Below, piece by piece: positions 61,901 through 64,000 of a stretch of DNA of 64,000 nt. Under the pieces are notes generated by a model. That model was not told the origin of the DNA. It was given only the letters and a program-made list of their open reading frames with translations, and did not search any database. Source of the stretch: Azolla caroliniana (lineage: Eukaryota; Plantae; Polypodiophyta); assembly GCA_043228905.1 (NCBI GenBank), contig JBHGNT010000003.1, positions 22,816,001 to 22,880,000 on the forward strand, given 5' to 3'. Both the position numbers and the translations under genes were made by a program. The first letter of the stretch is position 1. Each line of letters opens with the position of its first letter.

Positions 61901-63915
61901 GGTTAGCTCCTTTGCTGCATATCAGCATATGCTTCAAGATTGTTGACTGAGACTGCGTGATATACATATATAGCTCTAAGTTAACAAATCTGTGAGGAGC
62001 ATTATATTTGACATTGCTCAAGTCTATTATGAGATCAGAGGAAAATATTTGTCTCCTTAGAGAAGGATTTGGAGCTCTTCCCAGAGTGACGGAGTGCAAT
62101 AATCAAAGATACGTACTATTCTTCCTTCTAGAGATAAGGAGACAGAGAGAGGGCTTCTTGAGGGAGAAATTGATACTCGCTGATCCTCCTAGGAAGAGAA
62201 TTTTGAAAGATTTCTTTCGCATGGATACTTCTAGGGACACTCCTCATGATGTACAAGAAAACATCACTGCCAAAATGGAGTCTTTACTCAGAGGAGTCAT
62301 GACAACTATATGTATTTCTCTGTCGTAGACATCACTGGCACTAACCTGGAGCCACGACCTGAATGTGCATTTCCTCATAAGAACAAAACCATCATCACCC
62401 TGTATTGGAGATGTCCTACTCATACCACTGACCTTTCTATATTGGATTACCTAATGCTGGTTACTCTTATAGGGCAGCAATTTCAGGTCAATTATCAGGC
62501 ACCAAACCTCATTTTTGGTTATTCATGATCACATTATTCAATCAATTTAGTTTTAAGAAGCTAAAATTGGAAGACATTTTTCTTTTGTTACTTGCGATGA
62601 TGTGTTCAAACAATTGTAAGGTCTCATAGGATATTATTATCTTTTAGAGACAATAATTTTCCTTCTATACTCTTTTCTATTAGAAACTTCATGTAAAATC
62701 AAGATGTCATAAAGTCTTCATCGCACATTGCAGGTACCTGTTGTTGATGGATTTTCCTTTCCACACAGCACAAAGCGTATGAAGGTCGCTGGTCGCCAGA
62801 TCACTTCTTACCTGATTGATCTTCTACTTCGGAGAGGGTGAGATGTTACATTTTTTTTTAGATTTATAAATTTATCAGAAAGTTATATTTGTTTACTGAG
62901 TGTATGGCACTCTCCTTTTATATGGAAAGATATATTAATATTAATGTCTGTAAAAGAGCATAGTGTAAGGGTTTTATATTAATCACCAATTTATTCATTC
63001 AGACTCTTGTCTTCAGTGATTTTCCTTTCTTCTGAGCATTTTTGACATTTCTTCGTTCAGACACAAGGCAGTATTAATCCTTCTAATGGTAGTTCAAATG
63101 CAGTCAAACTATGTAGTTGTTCTTGAATTATGCTGGATAGCTTCGAAAGTGATAGAAGTTTGTTTGGCATAGTTACCTTTGCCTTATGGTCTGTAACTGG
63201 TTCTTGAACTTTTCATGATGGACTGTATGATTGTTCTGTTCATAAGCTAGTAATGTTTTCTTTTTGAGTTGCTAGCTATAAAACTCCATTTGCCATCTTT
63301 CTCTTAAAGGGTAGACTATACTTACCTTTCTTCATTTGTCTTATTCACAATGGACAGGGTTATGTGTTTTGTCCATAAATCGAGAACTTTTCTTTTGAGT
63401 TGCTAGCAGTATAAGTAGATTTCTGGAGATCTTCATTTCTTCATTTGTCTTTCTCCTTTAAAAGCATAGATTGCTTTGCTTTTATTGTATGTTTGGAAGA
63501 AGGCTAACAAGGTTATGCTTGACAGATATTCATTCAATCGCACAACTGATTTCGAGACTGTAAGAGAGATAAAAGAGCAGCTTTGTTATGTAAGGTTGTA
63601 GTTATTGAGCTTGTGATTATCCTATATATCGCTTTATTGTTGTGCAGCAGTTGTTTACTCTTCATTTTTTTAAAACTCCTTTCCAGTTTTGATTTTGACC
63701 GAGAATATCAACTTGGAGTTGAGACGACTATCCTAGTCAAGCAGTATACAGTAAGAATCGACAAAGAATTTTTCTTTGCCTTTCCTCAAACTATCTGAAA
63801 AATATCTATGACGCACACAAGTTCTATTTTATTTTATGAAGAACAGCTACCAGATGGGAGGGTGATAAAGGTTGGAGGAGAACGTTTTCAGGCTCCAGAG
63901 GCACTTTTCAATCCA
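55917..63915 (+). CDS. ARP2: Actin-related protein 2 (ARP2/3 complex subunit), first 10 exons; the gene continues beyond the window
   Basis: Exons 55917-55985, 58644-58754, 59303-59437, 59956-60027, 60103-60181, 60715-60764, 62734-62837, 63526-63594, 63687-63750, 63847-63915 (274 codons). ARP2-type motifs [103 protein letters not shown]. Confidence 0.93.
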
Positions 63916-64000
63916 GTAAGCTCTAGATTTATTGAACCTTGGTGATATCATCCATTCATATGTAGGTGTTCAAAATTCCCTTCATTGTGGTATCACATAT

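Noticed and set aside
61200-62530. ORFs of 106-116 aa and a possible LINE fragment in ARP2 intron 6
   Set aside because: No recognisable domain and no splice path into ARP2; probably decayed repeat sequence.

Overview
AT-rich, intron-rich land-plant nuclear DNA. It is probably from a non-seed plant such as a fern or lycophyte; that is an inference from the TE and gene types, not a taxonomic call. Left to right: (i) at the left edge, a decayed exon whose translation matches motifs X and I of bacterial-type beta-class N4-cytosine/N6-adenine DNA methyltransferases; (ii) a 12-kb nest of LTR retrotransposons, in which an old, decayed Ty1/copia (1929-13958) has a 1.36-kb TG...CA solo-LTR-like insert with a 4-bp TSD in its RNase H region and a young, ORF-intact, CCGG-rich Tnt1/Tork-like copia (8246-13632) in its 3' LTR; (iii) a 9-exon aldo-keto reductase and a 10-exon cytosolic ALDH2-family aldehyde dehydrogenase, both on +; (iv) on -, an intact 282-aa pogo/Tigger (CENP-B-type) double-HTH ORF lacking the DDE domain, with an apparent spliced 5' leader, a candidate domesticated transposase; (v) VARICOSE/EDC4 on - (12 coding exons); (vi) a solo LTR, then the first 10 exons of an ARP2 gene on + carrying DSGEG in place of the conserved DSGDG. 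Introns hold many local tandem duplications and MITE-like relics. No rRNA, tRNA or CRISPR array was seen. All exon coordinates and counts were worked out by eye and need confirming with transcript data.
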